Shown here in pieces: positions 32,097 through 34,563 of a DNA stretch of 34,563 bases. This DNA is from Saprolegnia diclina VS20. Taxonomy: Eukaryota. The stretch lies in contig NW_008246101.1 in the NCBI RefSeq assembly GCF_000281045.1, positions 271,692-306,254 on the forward strand, read 5' to 3'. Below the pieces are notes generated by a model. That model was not told where the DNA came from and made no database searches. It was given only the letters and a program-made list of their open reading frames with translations. Position numbers and translations under genes: made by a program. Every line of letters starts with the position of its first letter. The first letter of the stretch is position 1.

Positions 32097-32519
32097 ATGG
32101 TACTCGTGTCGTCGGCGGACTTTCTGCCCCAGCTCGCCAGTCTCTTCCAGACGTCGCTTCCCGGCGGCAGCGGCGCCGTGACGATCCGGACCAAGAGCGG
32201 TACGATGACGACCTTCCGTCCCCATGGCTCATGGACCTTCCGCAGTCGCGTCCGCCAAGGTCGGCAAGCTGGTGCGGGCCGACGCAGTCGCCGCGGGCCC
32301 TAACGTCTACCTCGTTCGCGCCTACAAGAACGGCAACAACAAGCACAAGGCCAAGCTTTCGACCGTCGTACGCAAGCTGCGCGCCTCTCGCGGCCTCTGA
32401 TGGCAGTCATGTAGGTGCCGCCAGCGACCCATGCTGCATTCCAGGCCGAGCTCGCCAAGGTCATGAAGGCCAAGATGCAAGGGCTCAAGAAGCCCAAGCG
32501 ACACGCCAGCCAAAACTAG
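32097..32519 (+). CDS. SRP14: Signal recognition particle 14 kDa subunit
   Basis: Three exons: MVLVSSADFLPQLASLFQ...SGAVTIRTKS|...YLVRAYKNG...KLSTV|V...FQAELAKVMKAKMQGLKKPKR. Matches SRP14 (MVLL...FL..L..LF; LLRA; KISTVV; M.GLKK). Confidence 0.85.
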
Positions 32520-33426
32520 ATGCTATTCAATGCTGTTGTTTCTGCCGCTGCTGCTCTGCTTTATAACAACGACCTTGCTTCGAGCGCAGCGAACATCAGT
32601 GTCTTGTCTCATCGAGCGCCAACGTGCGTCTAGCGGTGTACCATGCAGCTAACGGTGCAAGGTGAGAGGCGCGCCCTTGGTTGCTCCCGCTAGTAGACAT
32701 GCCAGCATATCTCCGAGCGACACAAGGAACATGCCATCAGCGCTTGCCAGCGATCGAGTCAAGCGCACTCGGCTGCAGCCACGTGGCCCGTGGCTGGCGG
32801 CGCAGGTGATCCATGGAGGGCCTGAAAAAGGAGCTTGAGCTGGCAAAAGCGAGGCCAAAACAAGCGTTGGCGACCTCGGCATGGTCACCTTGTCGTCATG
32901 AAGGAATGCTTGTCGTGGACAACACAAAAGAATGATGGTAAAAAGATCCAGGACCAACGGGGTCGTCCATACCAGGCCAGGCTCGTCAGTGTGAGCATCG
33001 TTCTCCAGCCTTAGGAGAGCCCCAAGCCTGCATGAGCCTTCCGCGGTGGTCGATTTAACCTCGTCCAGTGAGCTTCCATTGCACCCGAGATCGGTATCGC
33101 CTAGCACAGGGTCCATAGCATCGGTCGCGTACAGGTCTCCAGTCGGTCTACCATGCGGCGGACATGCACGGGTGTCCGCCTAGTCTGGTGTTGGACAGGA
33201 ATGTACACGACTCTGGCAGCCCAAGACGACAAAACCCTCGAGGTTTCACACGAGAACCCAGCGCTCATTCTCCAAGTCACCTTGTTTCATGCACACCAAC
33301 TCTGTTCAACAACGCACTTCACGGTCGCCTCCGAGTAGCCAAGCGACTTCTGCCTTTGAGATCGCGCTGGACCTCCCGACGATCCACCCGCGTCTCACAA
33401 AAGACACCCTCCGTGCGACCCATACC

Positions 33427-34563
33427 ATGTCCTCCTCGTCCGGCGTCTATGTCGGTGGCAGCCTCGCCGCCGTCCTCCTCACGTGCGCGCTCCTCGACGC
33501 CACCTCCTTCTTTCTCCACCTCTGTGTCTACCTCGCCTTGACTGCGTCGGCGTGTGTCGGCCACCGCTACGTCTCTGCCCGCGTCTACGGCGGACGACCG
33601 GCAGTCGCTGTGACGTACGTCGTTCTCGCGCTTTTGTGGCCGTGGCCAGGTCTTCTCTGTATGGCGCTCGCCACGCTCGCGATCCTCGGTGTGTGCGACG
33701 TGATCTTGCTGGCGCTCGTGCCCGGGACGATGCTCGTCGTGCTCTCTTGGCTCGTCTTGCTGGTGGTCGCATCGACCATGGCTCCGTGGATGGCCTGCGT
33801 GCTTGGCGCGGCGGCGGTTAGCGTCGGGCACCAGCGGCAGCTTCTGGTCCTCGCGCCGGTCGTCCACGGTACGTTGCTTGCGATTGCGAGTGCGATTTGT
33901 CTCGCGCTCTTTGGCGTTTTGGTCGTGCTCTCGATGAACCCGTTCTGGCTCGCGACCAACGAAGTGTCCAAGTACGACGCACTGCGGTACCTCGGTCGCG
34001 ACGGCTCGCTGGACGCGACGCGCATCGCGTCACTGGACGACCTCGCAACGTGGCACGCTGCAACACCGCGATCGTTTCCGTTTGTGATCAAGCCAAACGT
34101 GTGCACGACGAGCTCGGCCGGCGTCCGTCTCTGCCGGGATTACGCGTGTTTGGAAGCGTACGTGCGCGAGCGCCAAGCGACGGGGTCGCGCCAAGACGAC
34201 AACTCGTGGGTGCTGCAAAAGGCCGCGTACGGTCTCGAAGCCGTCGTCTTCTTCTACCGGTACCCGTACGCTACCAATGGCGACATCAAGAGCATCGGGC
34301 TCCGAGATGCGTCGCGCACCGAGGGCGTCGACGGCAACGACCTGCGGGCCAACTACTTTACATCGGACGGCAACCGGCTACGGACGGACGCGTTCGTGGC
34401 GTACTTTCGCAACCTCACGGCGCGCTTTGACGGGTACAATGGCGGTCGCTTTGACGTGATCCTCGAGAGCGAAGAGGCTGCGATGGAAGGCCGAGGCATC
34501 GGCGTCGTCGACGCCAACATCTTTCCGCTTGGCGACATTGAGGAAAAGCAAGACCATTGGTAC
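33427..34563 (+). CDS. Multi-pass membrane protein fused to an ATP-grasp (carboxylate-amine ligase-like) domain; partial, runs off the right edge
   Basis: 379 stop-free codons from ATG 33427 to the window end, not in the ORF track. About 170 hydrophobic residues, then NPFW..NEVSKYDAL, FPFVIKPNVCTTSSAGV, WVLQK, EAVVFFYRYP, YNGGRFDV, VVDAN. Confidence 0.8.
   Translation, partial: MSSSSGVYVGGSLAAVLLTCALLDATSFFLHLCVYLALTASACVGHRYVSARVYGGRPAVAVTYVVLALLWPWPGLLCMALATLAILGVCDVILLALVPGTMLVVLSWLVLLVVASTMAPWMACVLGAAAVSVGHQRQLLVLAPVVHGTLLAIASAICLALFGVLVVLSMNPFWLATNEVSKYDALRYLGRDGSLDATRIASLDDLATWHAATPRSFPFVIKPNVCTTSSAGVRLCRDYACLEAYVRERQATGSRQDDNSWVLQKAAYGLEAVVFFYRYPYATNGDIKSIGLRDASRTEGVDGNDLRANYFTSDGNRLRTDAFVAYFRNLTARFDGYNGGRFDVILESEEAAMEGRGIGVVDANIFPLGDIEEKQDHWY

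Noticed and set aside
1..34563. tRNA, rRNA, snoRNA, telomeric repeats or intact mobile elements
   Set aside because: None recognised by eye; a covariance-model scan (tRNAscan-SE, Infernal/Rfam) would be needed to exclude small ncRNAs.

Overview
Gene-dense, GC-rich eukaryotic genomic DNA with many very short (about 43-56 nt) GT-AG introns. Gene content, intron size and a lineage-expanded multi-pass membrane gene suggest an oomycete, probably Saprolegniales (inference, not verified). About 23 protein-coding genes were reconstructed by manual splicing. Recognisable genes: WDR44, PNP, a GRIP golgin, SAS10/UTP3, NDUFA5, NTF2-like, CHIC/Erf4-like, a divergent TFIIB, two tandem BART-domain genes, a GNAT, EB1, TAM41, CYB5R4-like, FAN1, TSR1 and SRP14. 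No rRNA, tRNA, CRISPR array or intact transposon was recognised. Most notable items: (1) an intronless multi-pass membrane protein fused to a bacterial-like ATP-grasp domain at the right edge, absent from the ORF track; (2) an uncharacterised protein with two tandem Ig-like repeats, a basic patch and a Cys/His motif, which may be a STAT/CudA-like transcription factor; (3) a recurrent, often inverted-pair TATCCGGA motif just upstream of five start codons; (4) a TFIIB paralog with an altered B-reader and a splice donor overlapping its stop codon. All family assignments come from motif recognition; no database search was run.
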